Below the pieces are notes generated by a model. It saw nothing but the letters and a program-made list of their open reading frames with translations, searched no databases and had not been told where the DNA came from. Shown piece by piece: positions 28,335 to 38,428 of a stretch of DNA of 64,000 nt (within the stretch, counting starts at the first letter, position 1; each line of letters begins with the position of its first letter). Source of the DNA: an uncultured Chitinophaga sp. GTDB lineage: Bacteria; Bacteroidota; Bacteroidia; Chitinophagales; Chitinophagaceae. Made by a program: the position numbers and the translations under genes. Location: NCBI GenBank assembly GCA_964641575.1, contig CAZXMP010000006.1, forward strand, positions 1,627 through 65,626. Direction: 5' to 3'.

Positions 28335-29522
28335 ATGAAAAAATATTTCTCACCAACGCAGGCTTTTACTTTTCTGACAATAGTACTTTTTGCCACTGCC
28401 TGTAACGGACCCGTTAAAAAAGACTTGTCAAAAGAAAAGCTAAGTGAATCAAATAAAATAGCTGATACACATCCAAAACTTATAAAAACCATTGGCTCGC
28501 CTAAATATGGTAATGTTCAATGTGCTCTGCAGGACAAAGCCGGTAACCTTTGGTTCGGCACCACAGAAAATGGTTTGTATAAATATGACGGTAAATCGTT
28601 TACCCAATTTTTAGTGGCTGATGGTCTAAACAGTAATAATGTTTCTTGCATTTTGGAAGATAAAGAGGGTAAAATTTGGATAGGTACTGGTGCAGGACTT
28701 TGTCTTTACGACCCTTCAACTTCACCCAGTACTGGTGGTAAAACATTTGCTGAAATCGAGATCCCTTTACCCAAAAACCTCCCCCCCAACAAGAATGAGT
28801 TATATCGCAACTCGCATTGGGTATTCAGCATCATGCAGGCAAAAAGCGGAAAACTATGGTTCGCTACAATAGATGGTGTTTATATCTACGATGCCCGCCT
28901 GAATGACGAAGTCGGGCAGGGCAAATCCCTGCCTACCGGACAGGCAGGCTTTACTCCTTTTATAGTTAATGAAGGCGCAGGCGGCTTTCTTAATAGTAAC
29001 AATAACGTTGAACGTATTTTAGAAGATAAAGCAGGTAACATTTGGTTTGGATTACGAGCCAATGAAGGTGTGTATCGTTACGATGGTAAAACTATAACCA
29101 ACCTTAAACTAAAGGAATTATTTCAAGACGGGCCAAAGCCAAAACCTCATAATTGGGCATGGCCTCAATTACAAGATAAAAACGGGAATATTTGGTTCAG
29201 CAATTGGGGTGGGGCCTACCGGTATGATGGCAAATCATTTACAAGTTTTACAAAAAAAGATGGCTTACACGGTGGTGTTACACGGATTATAGAAGACAAA
29301 AAGGGAAACCTTTGGTTTGGCGGTGATGCTAATGCCGGACTTAGCCGTTACGATGGCAAGTCTTTCACTCGTTTTACATCAAAAGATGGCCTACTCAATT
29401 ACAGTATTTGGTCAATTTTGGAAGATAAAACTGGAAATATTTGGGTGGGTACCAGGGAAACAGGTCTGTACCTTTATGATGGAAATACATTTATTACTTA
29501 TTCGGAATATAAGCACCAGTAA
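28335..29522 (+). CDS. Lipoprotein with two-component-regulator propeller (Reg_prop) repeats
   Basis: Lipobox ATAC; repeated EDKxGNxWFG...G[LV]YRYDGKSF blades. Confidence 0.85.
   Translation: MKKYFSPTQAFTFLTIVLFATACNGPVKKDLSKEKLSESNKIADTHPKLIKTIGSPKYGNVQCALQDKAGNLWFGTTENGLYKYDGKSFTQFLVADGLNSNNVSCILEDKEGKIWIGTGAGLCLYDPSTSPSTGGKTFAEIEIPLPKNLPPNKNELYRNSHWVFSIMQAKSGKLWFATIDGVYIYDARLNDEVGQGKSLPTGQAGFTPFIVNEGAGGFLNSNNNVERILEDKAGNIWFGLRANEGVYRYDGKTITNLKLKELFQDGPKPKPHNWAWPQLQDKNGNIWFSNWGGAYRYDGKSFTSFTKKDGLHGGVTRIIEDKKGNLWFGGDANAGLSRYDGKSFTRFTSKDGLLNYSIWSILEDKTGNIWVGTRETGLYLYDGNTFITYSEYKHQ
28713..28949. repeat. Three short in-frame insertions (two palindromic) in propeller turns
   Basis: 28713-28736 (PSTSPSTG), 28893-28919 (ARLNDEVGQ) and 28929-28949 (LPTGQAG) interrupt the YDGKSF consensus. 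Confidence 0.75.
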
Positions 29523-29600
29523 GTCTATAAAGTGGAAGAGCTGAAATTCTCTGTATTCGGCAATACCCGAACCGCTATAACACCTACAACCAAAAATAGT

Positions 29601-30224
29601 ATGACAGATCCCTGGATAGAAAGATGGAATGAAAGATATAGTAAAGACGAATTTGCATATGGCGAGCAGCCTAATAACTATCTAAAAGAGCAATTGGAGA
29701 AGTTAGCTCCCGGTACCATACTTTTTCCCGCAGAAGGGGAAGGACGTAATGCAGTTTTTGCCGCCAAACTTGGCTGGAAGGTTGCTGCATTCGATATTAG
29801 CAACGAGGGAAAAAATAAGGCTATTAAACTTGCCGAAAAAAACAAAGTAGTAATTGATTACCAGGTTGGCGAATTGCAAACATTGAACTTTAAAGCTGAA
29901 CAGTTTGATGCGATCGCCTTAATCTATGCTCACTTCCCTGCATCCATTAAATCGCTTTACCACAAAACATTTGACTCCTATTTGAAAAAGGGGGGAGTAA
30001 TTATTTTTGAAGCATTCAGCAAAAAACATATTGATTATGTAACGGCAAATGAAAAAGTGGGTGGACCTAAAGACATAGAAAGTTTATTCTCAATAGAAGA
30101 AATACAGGCGGACTTTCCGAATTATGAAATTATAGAATTAGCAGAAAAAGAAATTGAGTTAAGCGAAGGGATTTTTCATAATGGGACTGGATCTGTAATA
30201 AGATTTGTAGGACGAAAAAAGTAA
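29601..30224 (+). CDS. Class I SAM-dependent methyltransferase
   Basis: [26 protein letters not shown] motif I. Start ATG 29601. Confidence 0.88.
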   Translation: MTDPWIERWNERYSKDEFAYGEQPNNYLKEQLEKLAPGTILFPAEGEGRNAVFAAKLGWKVAAFDISNEGKNKAIKLAEKNKVVIDYQVGELQTLNFKAEQFDAIALIYAHFPASIKSLYHKTFDSYLKKGGVIIFEAFSKKHIDYVTANEKVGGPKDIESLFSIEEIQADFPNYEIIELAEKEIELSEGIFHNGTGSVIRFVGRKK

Positions 30225-30376
30225 ATAGCTTATAAAAGAAAGTTTATACTTATTGTGAATTACGTAACCACAACTTGTTCTCCTCTCCCGGCTTTTCTCT
30301 TTAACAATTAGTGCCTTGTCTTTCTGAAGCCATAAATACACACAACAACCATACGTACTTTAAGGCCTAAGTTGAT

Positions 30377-30631
30377 TTATTTCCCCATTATATCTAAGAC
30401 AAACAATGCAAGGGTAATTGATAAATGCAACACTAACCAAACTTGCTGATACACCGGACGCTTATTAAAAGGCCTCTGTAAATCAAACGGATCAAACACC
30501 AGGGCCAATCCCCAAAAAATAACGGCCTGTGAAATATCTTTTTGAATTAAAAACCAACTGCCCACCAAAATAAAAACAACATAAGCTGGTTTATTAAAAT
30601 TTCGTACTGCCGGGTTTATTTTTGTTTCCAT
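30377..30631 (-). CDS. Small two-to-three-TM membrane protein
   Basis: Hydrophobic segments; FWGLALVFDPFD...PFNKRP.YQ. Confidence 0.65.
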   Translation of the reverse strand: METKINPAVRNFNKPAYVVFILVGSWFLIQKDISQAVIFWGLALVFDPFDLQRPFNKRPVYQQVWLVLHLSITLALFVLDIMGK

Positions 30632-30687
30632 CGCCTATTTTTATTTATTAGTTGCAGCTTCCTGCTCATTATTACAGAAGCCGTACA

Positions 30688-31302
30688 TTATTTTTCCTCT
30701 TCCAACGCCTCAATATTTTCTTTTAATGTTTTCATATGCTTGCCAAAGCTGTATTTGAACATCCATTTGGTTACATACCAACAGGCAGGTACCAGTACAG
30801 CAAGTGCTATTAGTAATGTGATCCACATCACCGGCTTGCTCATCAAAACAGCAACTGATTTTCCGGAGCCGGAAACACCACCCAGCATAAAACCACCGGT
30901 TGCACTTATCGGGTAAATGAACAAGGCCACCCGCTGCTGCGTATTCATCCAGTTGGTAATGGATTGATAATGCCTTTTCAGTTCATGCAGCACCGGGTTA
31001 GTAGGCGAAATAACAGCATTGATATTTTTGTATTGCAAAAAGGCCGTATATAAAGCCCATATTGAAAAGAGGAGTACCAAAAAAATACATAGCTGTACCT
31101 GCCATATCCGGAAATAAAAGATAGCTACCACATATAAAAGACAGATCAATACACCCCAGATCATATTGAGCAGTAAATTCTTTTTTATTTTTTCCAATGG
31201 GTTATGCGAAGAAATAGTTAAAAGCCTGGATGATTTCAATAGTGAGGACAGATCATCATCCTGCGGCTCATTTATTTCGTTCCATGTTTTATTGGTACTC
31301 AT
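30688..31302 (-). CDS. Four-TM membrane protein, candidate anti-sigma factor
   Basis: Four hydrophobic helices; coupled to the ECF sigma gene. Confidence 0.6.
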   Translation of the reverse strand: MSTNKTWNEINEPQDDDLSSLLKSSRLLTISSHNPLEKIKKNLLLNMIWGVLICLLYVVAIFYFRIWQVQLCIFLVLLFSIWALYTAFLQYKNINAVISPTNPVLHELKRHYQSITNWMNTQQRVALFIYPISATGGFMLGGVSGSGKSVAVLMSKPVMWITLLIALAVLVPACWYVTKWMFKYSFGKHMKTLKENIEALEEEK

Positions 31303-31304
31303 TT

Positions 31305-31781
31305 TTATGTTGTTAAAAGATTACCCAATTGTTGTTTGATCCGATGCAATTTCACTGCCACATGATTGTTAGAAATACCCAGCATTTCTGCCACTTCTGC
31401 ATTTTCATATCCATCAATATTCATAGAAATGATGGCCCGGTCTGTTTCAGGTAATTGCCGGATGGCCATTCTCAATCGTACAACATCCTCATTTTGCACC
31501 ACACTGTTTTGTACAGCAGGAGAAATACTTTCCAACGAATCTTTGTAGTCAACCCGTTGGGGTTTTCGTTTTTGTGTTAAGATGGTATTTAAACAGATAC
31601 GGTAGAGCCAGGTGCTAAACTTAGCTTCCTTGCGGAAACTGGGCCACCCTTTCCAGGCCTGTAGCAATATTTCCTGGTACAGATCTTTTTTTTCCTCTGT
31701 ATCATTCGCATACAAGCCTACCAGTTTATAAATAATGCCCTGGTTTTGCCGTACCTGTTCTAAAAATGCTGCTTCGCTCAA
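31305..31781 (-). CDS. ECF RNA polymerase sigma factor
   Basis: DLYQEILLQAWK...FSTWLYRICLN (region 2); ENAEVAEMLGISNNHVAVKLHRIK (region 4). Confidence 0.92.
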   Translation of the reverse strand: MSEAAFLEQVRQNQGIIYKLVGLYANDTEEKKDLYQEILLQAWKGWPSFRKEAKFSTWLYRICLNTILTQKRKPQRVDYKDSLESISPAVQNSVVQNEDVVRLRMAIRQLPETDRAIISMNIDGYENAEVAEMLGISNNHVAVKLHRIKQQLGNLLTT

Positions 31782-31784
31782 GTT

Positions 31785-32726
31785 CTAAAGTTTTATTGGA
31801 GTAAGGGTATATCCAAGCAACTGCAATTGTTTTATCAATCCAGATGAACCCGCCAGGTGCAATGCACCCACTGCAATAAACTGCGATTCTTTTTTCAGCA
31901 ACCCGGGCAGTGTTTTCATCCACTTGTTATTTCGATTCGTTAAAAAATCATTTTCATTGCCAAATACGGCTAGTCCCCTTTCAGAAACGGCATACATTTT
32001 TTCAAGGTCATGCTTAAACCAGTTATCTATCAGTTCATTTACCTGGTTGATCATATCATTCTTATTACGCAAAAAAAGTTTTAGCTGATCAACCTGTTCT
32101 TCATTAGTAGCACTGTTAAATAATAAATTCATCTGTTCTTCAATAGTTTCAAATTCCGTTACTGTTTTACCTGCCTGCTTACCTGCTTCGGCAAAATAAC
32201 CATCCAGCATAGCACCCGAATATTTTTGTAATGGCGAATTCAAATCTGATATCAGGTAAGCCATAGATAGAGTAAGTGCAACATTTATAGGTTTTAATTG
32301 GTTTATCTGTTCTATCCCAACGCCTAATGTAGTTCTCAGTTCTTTATCCAGGCTATCTTTAAAAGGCTTATCCAGCAAATCCGAAAGTGTTTTGTTTTGA
32401 AGCATTCCCATTGATCTGCCAGCAACTGTTTTTGCGGAGTCGAGCACTAATTCCACAGCTACTGCTTTTGCTTTATTAAAGGCACGCAGCACTTCAGGCA
32501 CTTCACTCAAATAACTACTTTTTACTAAATGATAAGTTCCAAACAACCAGGAAGTGTCTTTTAATCCATTTCCTGTAATAGCATAAAAATTACTTTGTTG
32601 GCTGGCCTTCTGGGCATTAGTTGTAAAGCCAGATCCGATTCCAAAAATAAATAGCAACAGTGTAGCTGCAATTCGTACCGTATAAATTCTTTCTTTTATA
32701 AATTTTGTTGAATGATAAGTAGTCAT
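31785..32726 (-). CDS. TraB/GumN-family protein
   Basis: SWLFGTYHL...FETIEEQ...RNNKW...FIAVGALHLAG. Confidence 0.88.
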   Translation of the reverse strand: MTTYHSTKFIKERIYTVRIAATLLLFIFGIGSGFTTNAQKASQQSNFYAITGNGLKDTSWLFGTYHLVKSSYLSEVPEVLRAFNKAKAVAVELVLDSAKTVAGRSMGMLQNKTLSDLLDKPFKDSLDKELRTTLGVGIEQINQLKPINVALTLSMAYLISDLNSPLQKYSGAMLDGYFAEAGKQAGKTVTEFETIEEQMNLLFNSATNEEQVDQLKLFLRNKNDMINQVNELIDNWFKHDLEKMYAVSERGLAVFGNENDFLTNRNNKWMKTLPGLLKKESQFIAVGALHLAGSSGLIKQLQLLGYTLTPIKL

Positions 32727-32938
32727 TTTAATAATGTTTATTAAACGTTTTTAATTGTCCGGACTGTTAACGGATAATTAGTAGCAACACCTCATTAAAA
32801 ATTACAAGGAGAAGAAAAAAAATATCAGCTCTGCCATTTTTATAGTAAACCCTTTTGCAACAAAGCTTATATACAAAAATTTTGTGGGAGGAATAATCAG
32901 CTTCAATGTATAATACGTAATGATAAAAGTCGCAGGGA

Positions 32939-33577
32939 CTATCTGATCTTTTCCTTCGGCCTTTTTTCTTTCACAATCGGCGCATTATCTTTCCAACGCC
33001 ATAAATGCACACAGGCATAAGTGCGGTAAGGACTCCATTTTTTGGAGAGGCGGAGCATATCTTCTTTTAGTTTCTTTTTATCGGTATTGTCGAGCTTGTA
33101 TAATTTGATCATGGCGTTTTGAATACCGAGATCATCTACGGCGAATACATCTTCTCTTCCGAGAGCAAACATCAGCAGCATTTCTATTGTCCATCTTCCC
33201 ACTCCTTTTATTACGATGAGGTATTCTATCACTTCATCATTGGTCATTTTAGCCAGCTTCTTGGCATCCATACCAAACGCTTTTTCAAACTGGGCTACAT
33301 TTTTTACATAACTCACCTTGTTGTTAGATAAACCAATGGCTCGTAATTTTTCAAAAGGGGTGTCGAGTATTTGTTGTGCAGTTGGTTCTTTGTCGCCATA
33401 TAAAGTAAGGAACCGTTTATAAATTACATCAGCAACTTTGGTGGATAACTGCTGACTCATGATGGAAGCGCAGAGATAGATGCAGATATTTTTTCTTTTT
33501 ATTAGTTTGTGTGTTTGACCATTCTCAACAAGTTTTTTAAGCTTCTTGTCCTTTGCTAAGTGAGAGATGTATTGCAT
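32939..33577 (-). CDS. DNA-3-methyladenine glycosylase II (AlkA/HhH-GPD family)
   Basis: IMSQQLS, LRAIGLS, IKGVGRWTIEM, DDLG, WSPYRT. Start ATG 33577. Confidence 0.9.
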   Translation of the reverse strand: MQYISHLAKDKKLKKLVENGQTHKLIKRKNICIYLCASIMSQQLSTKVADVIYKRFLTLYGDKEPTAQQILDTPFEKLRAIGLSNNKVSYVKNVAQFEKAFGMDAKKLAKMTNDEVIEYLIVIKGVGRWTIEMLLMFALGREDVFAVDDLGIQNAMIKLYKLDNTDKKKLKEDMLRLSKKWSPYRTYACVHLWRWKDNAPIVKEKRPKEKIR

Positions 33578-33609
33578 TGTTATTAAATAATCAATTTGAA
33601 TATAAACTG

Positions 33610-33687
33610 AACCACGGAGACACAAAGCTCACGGAGATTCACGGAGAAAAAATCAACGTACCGCTGTGTCACTTACCCTCCTTGGTT
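33610..33687. repeat. CACGGAGA tandem units with an inverted counterpart
   Basis: CACGGAGA at 33613, 33630 and 33640. AACCACGGAG (33610-33619) versus CTCCTTGGTT (33678-33687) is 9/10 inverted. Confidence 0.65.
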
Positions 33688-33774
33688 TAACTTTTTTTCA
33701 CAAAGCTAAGTCGCAATACAGTCGTAAAATAAAAATACCAAAGAAGCATGGCAACACAGAAAAAAATACACGCC

Positions 33775-33826
33775 GACTCACGACTCATGACTCACGACTC
33801 AACTCTCCCGACTCACTTCACTCCCG
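33775..33826. repeat. GACTCAC heptamer array at the amidohydrolase 3' end
   Basis: gactcac-gactcat-gactcac-gactcaa-ctctccc-gactcac. Confidence 0.8.
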
Positions 33827-35393
33827 GCTGCAACAACTTCCATCCAGTTTTTGCTTTTTCCGTATCCACCATTTTCTTTACATCATCCAGTAATTTTTTA
33901 GCGTCATAAATAATTCCGTCTTTGATCGTATACTTTACTCCGCCTTTTCGTACTACTTCGTTTTTATCGTTCATGTAAATAGCACCTGTGCCATAGAGAT
34001 ATTGAAAATTTTCCAATGGATTGGCATCCACAATTACAATATCGGCCAGCTTGCCTGCTTCCACCGTTCCAATTTCTTTATCCATTCCCAATGCCTGCGC
34101 ACCACTGAGTGTGGCACTGCGAATTACTTCCAACGGATGAAAGCCGCCTTCCCGCAACAATTCCAATTCCCGCACATACCCAAAGCCATAGGTTTGATAA
34201 ATAAATCCATTGTCAGAACCAGTAGTTACTCTACCACCACGATTTTTATATTCATTTACAAACGTCATCCACAACCGATAATTTTCCTTCCAGGCAATTT
34301 CCTGCTCCGTTCCCCAATTGAACCAATAGGATCCATGCGACTCCCGGCTGGGTTCAAAAAATTTCCAGAGTGATGGTAATGTATAATGCTCATGCCACTC
34401 GGCCCTTCTTGCACGGTGCAGGTCACGGTTGGCATCGTAAATATTAAAGGTGGGATCGAGTGTAAAATCAAGTGCCAATAATTCATTCATCACTTTATTC
34501 CAATGTTCGCTGTAAGGTGCTGCCGCTTGCTTCCATAATTTACCAGCTTCTTCAAAACGGTGTGATTCATTCGCATAATTATAATCAGCCGGATAGTTTT
34601 GAACAGTTCTGTCTGTAAACAATGCTTCGGGCAAACCATACCAATGCTCCATTGAGGTAAGGCCTGCTTTGGCACTGTTCACTACATTCCATCTTGCTAC
34701 CGACATTTGTGCATGATGACAGCAGGAACGAAGACCCAGTTTTTTATTTTCCCGTAATGCCGCATCCATGATCTCCGGTGCTGCACCAAAAAATTTTATT
34801 CCATCAGCCCCTTTCTTTGCATTTTCTCTAACCCATTCAATAGCCAGTTCAGGAGTATTGATCGGTTGTTTGGCACCAGCACCAAAAGCAGTATAGGCCA
34901 ATAGTCTGGGAGCAGTAATTTTATTTTCGGCACTTAATCTTTTTTCATCCAGTGTCCAATCTAATCCATTGCCTGCTGATGGATCTCTTACAGTAGTAAT
35001 GCCATGTGCCATCCATAATTTAAAAACATATTCTGCTGGTGTACCTTGTCCGCTACCTCCAATATGTCCATGCATATCTACAAAGCCCGGCAATGCATAC
35101 ATACCTTCGCAATTCAATTCTTTGCCGCCTTCTTTTAATTTAGGTCGGCTTTTACTGGGTGGCATACCCGGACTACCAGCACTGGCTACTTGTACAATAC
35201 GATTTTTTTCAATTACAATATCTACCGGACCAATAGGTGGTGCTCCATTACCATTTATTAATGTTACCCCTCGAATGATGAGTTGTGCAAATTGACCTTC
35301 GCCTTCTTTTTTTTCAGGGGCCTTGGGTATTTGTGCTACAAGGGAGATGGGAAAAAATAATGCAGTAATAAAATGAAAGATTTTGCCTGGCAT
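33813..35393 (-). CDS. Secreted amidohydrolase-family protein
   Basis: PGFVDMHGH, DGIKFF, HHAQ, EHWY, GSDNG, GKLADIVIV. Confidence 0.88.
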   Translation of the reverse strand: MPGKIFHFITALFFPISLVAQIPKAPEKKEGEGQFAQLIIRGVTLINGNGAPPIGPVDIVIEKNRIVQVASAGSPGMPPSKSRPKLKEGGKELNCEGMYALPGFVDMHGHIGGSGQGTPAEYVFKLWMAHGITTVRDPSAGNGLDWTLDEKRLSAENKITAPRLLAYTAFGAGAKQPINTPELAIEWVRENAKKGADGIKFFGAAPEIMDAALRENKKLGLRSCCHHAQMSVARWNVVNSAKAGLTSMEHWYGLPEALFTDRTVQNYPADYNYANESHRFEEAGKLWKQAAAPYSEHWNKVMNELLALDFTLDPTFNIYDANRDLHRARRAEWHEHYTLPSLWKFFEPSRESHGSYWFNWGTEQEIAWKENYRLWMTFVNEYKNRGGRVTTGSDNGFIYQTYGFGYVRELELLREGGFHPLEVIRSATLSGAQALGMDKEIGTVEAGKLADIVIVDANPLENFQYLYGTGAIYMNDKNEVVRKGGVKYTIKDGIIYDAKKLLDDVKKMVDTEKAKTGWKLLQPGVK

Positions 35394-35482
35394 GTGCTAC
35401 TGTTTTGTGAGGAACAAATTACAGTATTTTAAATTGGCAGCAGGCCTCAATCAATGTTTTTGTTTTGGCTGGGAGTTTACTT

Positions 35483-36235
35483 TCATGCCTCTGCCCAGGC
35501 CCGAAAATGTGCTACCCGTTCCCGGCTTATGATCATTTCATCTTGCTGCGTACTTCCTTTTACAGAAAGTTTTAGCCGGCTATTGTAATACGGTTTTACT
35601 TGTTGTATAGCATCTATATGTACAATAAAGCTGCGGTTAAGCCGGAAGAAATGTTGCGGGTTCAATACATCTTCTAATTGCTCCATGGTATAATCCACCA
35701 CATATCGGTTGCCTTCCTTATCTACTACATGAACAATTTTATTATCCGCCTGGAAAAAAGCGATGTTGCTGGATTCTAAGAAAAAAAGTCGTTGCCCTAC
35801 TTTTCCTAAAAAACGTTTTTTGTATTTTTCTGCGGCAAGTGCTGGTGCCAGTTGCCTGAAATCAACAGCAGTGAAAGTACCCTCTAATAATTTTAATTTA
35901 TTGATAGCTGCAGCCAATGCCTCCAGTGTAACGGGTTTTAAAATATAATCGATACTGAAAAGTTTAAAAGCTTCCAATGCATACTGATCGTAAGCCGTTG
36001 TAAATATTATTGGCTTGTTATAGTTAACTTGTTTAAAAATTTCAAAACTTGGGCCGTCGGATAAATGAATATCCAGCAATAATAAATCCGGATGCGGATG
36101 CAGTTTAAAATATTGAACCGTTTCTTCAATGCTTTCCAAACAGGCAACTACTTCTGCGTCCTTATCATATTCTTTTAATATGGTTTGGAGCCTTTCAGCA
36201 GCCAATTTCTCATCTTCTACTATTACTATTTTCAT
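35483..36235 (-). CDS. LytTR-family response regulator
   Basis: REC domain (VEDE, LLDIHLSDG, FTTAY, KP) plus LytTR domain (FFRLNRSFIV, ISRER). Confidence 0.95.
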   Translation of the reverse strand: MKIVIVEDEKLAAERLQTILKEYDKDAEVVACLESIEETVQYFKLHPHPDLLLLDIHLSDGPSFEIFKQVNYNKPIIFTTAYDQYALEAFKLFSIDYILKPVTLEALAAAINKLKLLEGTFTAVDFRQLAPALAAEKYKKRFLGKVGQRLFFLESSNIAFFQADNKIVHVVDKEGNRYVVDYTMEQLEDVLNPQHFFRLNRSFIVHIDAIQQVKPYYNSRLKLSVKGSTQQDEMIISRERVAHFRAWAEA

Positions 36236-36240
36236 ACCTA

Positions 36241-37281
36241 TCAGTTTAAGTTAAGCAACGGCAGGCTTACTTCAAATTCGGTTGCTGTTTTTTTAATATC
36301 AATATCTCTACCGCTTATAAGCTCATATCTTTTTTTAATATTCTGTAATCCAATTTTGGTAGAGGGCTCCACCATTTGGCGGGGCTGCAGGTTATTCTTT
36401 ACTACCAATGTTTGGCTGCCATTGGCATGTATATCAATATGCAAGGGCTTATTCCTGCTTACTATGTTATGCTTGATGGCATTTTCAATCAACATTTGTA
36501 AGGCAGCGGGTACCACATGCCAGGTTTTATAATGCTCCGGTATGTTTATACTAATTACAAGGCCTTCATCAAATCTTTTTTGTAAAAGAAAAAGATACGG
36601 TGTGATAAATTCCAACTCTGATTTTAATTCTACCAATTCTTTATCCTGGTTACTTAATATGTACCGGTACACTTTTGAAAACTCTTCAATAAAATGATTG
36701 GCCTCCGGGTTATTTTTTATAACCATCCCCGATAGTACATTAAGATTATTGAATAAAAAATGTGGGTTAATTTGACTTTTAACTAATTGCACCTGTGCTT
36801 GTGTAGTTTTTTTTCGCAGGTCTTCCACTTCCATCCAATGCCTTTTATACTCCCGGAAGAAAAATAAAATGGCATTTAGTAAATGAAAGAAAAGATTAAT
36901 GAGGCTGGCATAGATAATATTTAATTTAAGTGGATTGCTGTTTTGCTCCCAGGTATAGCCGTGAAAAATATTACCCACCAAAAAAACTACCAGTAAAGCA
37001 GATAGCGGTGCTACTACATTTCCTGCCAGGAAAAAGAAACCTAAAAAATGAATTTTTCCTTTTTGTGCTAAAAATTTTCTTTTAAAATAGGGTTTAATAA
37101 GACGATTACCTTCCCATGTGAGAAAGGTTATACCGGAAATAGTCAACAGTGCATAATACCATTCAATTTCAATATTGAAATAATAATAGACATCGCACAA
37201 CACTGTATTTAAAAAAGTGTATGCAGATAGAATGGCAATAAAGAGGTAGCGGTATTTATGGTTAAATAACATAGTGCCCAT
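36241..37281 (-). CDS. LytS-type membrane histidine kinase
   Basis: N-terminal TM helices; KSQINPHFLFNNLN, LQMLIENAIKHN, KIGLQNIKKRY. Confidence 0.93.
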   Translation of the reverse strand: MGTMLFNHKYRYLFIAILSAYTFLNTVLCDVYYYFNIEIEWYYALLTISGITFLTWEGNRLIKPYFKRKFLAQKGKIHFLGFFFLAGNVVAPLSALLVVFLVGNIFHGYTWEQNSNPLKLNIIYASLINLFFHLLNAILFFFREYKRHWMEVEDLRKKTTQAQVQLVKSQINPHFLFNNLNVLSGMVIKNNPEANHFIEEFSKVYRYILSNQDKELVELKSELEFITPYLFLLQKRFDEGLVISINIPEHYKTWHVVPAALQMLIENAIKHNIVSRNKPLHIDIHANGSQTLVVKNNLQPRQMVEPSTKIGLQNIKKRYELISGRDIDIKKTATEFEVSLPLLNLN

Positions 37282-37352
37282 ATTTAATCAGTCCTGCCCG
37301 CTATAAATAACGAACAGGACTGATAATGGTTTTCCATGATAGGGGTAATTTT

Positions 37353-38369
37353 TTATGGGAGTATCACCCGGTCAATAACATGTACAACACCATTGGTTTG
37401 CATCAGGTTAACACCGGTAATCTTTGGCCAGGTTGCTGAAGCGGCTCCGTTTCCGGCACCATACACCGCAGGACCTGTTAAATTAATGGTCAATGTTTTA
37501 GTAGCATCTGTTGCAGTAAGAAGACTGTTCACCGTACCAGCAGCGAGGTCTGAAGAGAATACTCTTGCTCCTACTGCATGATGTAGTAAGATGCTTTGTA
37601 AAGTTGCAACCGGAACCGCATCCAATGAGGCATCAGTAGCAAAACCACTAGCCGTAAAGGCCGCATTGGTTGGTGCAAAAACAGTGAACGGACCAGCACC
37701 GCTTAAAGCCGCTGCAATATCAGCACCGCCATTATTTTTTACCCGGTTAATAGCATATAGCAATCTTGAGAAATTAGGATTAGCCGCTACAGTTCCTGTA
37801 ATGGTAGTAGCTGGTGGCACCAATACTCTATTAATTACATGAATGATACCATTGCTTGCAGAAACATCCGCCTGCACTACCTCAACTCCATTTATATACG
37901 CTTTGCCCCCATTTATTTTTGCATATAGTGTAGGCCCTGCTCCGGCAGTTGCATATGTAGGAGATGAAATTCCGGCAGTAGTAATTGCACTGGCAGGTAC
38001 TCTTGATGTAAGCACATGATAGTTAAGAACAGCTCTCAATAGATCTAAGCCAGCACCTGTTAATGCATTAATTTTTGCTTCTGTATCCAAATCCGGTACT
38101 CCATCACCAGTAATATCTAACTGGCGAAAAGCATCATCATTCGGAGCAAAAACGGTAAGATTAGCTGTTGTTCCGAGTAAACCTGCATACCCTGCCTTTA
38201 CCACCGCTGCTTCCAGCAAGGTGAAATTGGCACCCTCTACTACTGTTTCCGTAATTGTTTTTGGTGGAACAGTTGTATCATCATCATCTTTATCGCAACT
38301 GGTAAATACTAGTGGTAAGCCTAAGGCCAACATAAGACCTGCTTTTTTAAAAAACTGATTTGGTTTCAT
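37353..38369 (-). CDS. Fasciclin (FAS1) domain lipoprotein, two domains
   Basis: Lipobox FTSC; two TVFAP[NT]N...NG[IV][IV]HVI[ND]RV units. Confidence 0.92.
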   Translation of the reverse strand: MKPNQFFKKAGLMLALGLPLVFTSCDKDDDDTTVPPKTITETVVEGANFTLLEAAVVKAGYAGLLGTTANLTVFAPNDDAFRQLDITGDGVPDLDTEAKINALTGAGLDLLRAVLNYHVLTSRVPASAITTAGISSPTYATAGAGPTLYAKINGGKAYINGVEVVQADVSASNGIIHVINRVLVPPATTITGTVAANPNFSRLLYAINRVKNNGGADIAAALSGAGPFTVFAPTNAAFTASGFATDASLDAVPVATLQSILLHHAVGARVFSSDLAAGTVNSLLTATDATKTLTINLTGPAVYGAGNGAASATWPKITGVNLMQTNGVVHVIDRVILP

Positions 38370-38428
38370 AATTGATTAATTTTTGTTTAATAGATTAACA
38401 AAACCAAATGGCCGGGGATGTGCAGGGA

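Noticed and set aside
33775-33826. CRISPR array
   Set aside because: Units are 7 nt with no unique spacers, and there are no cas genes.
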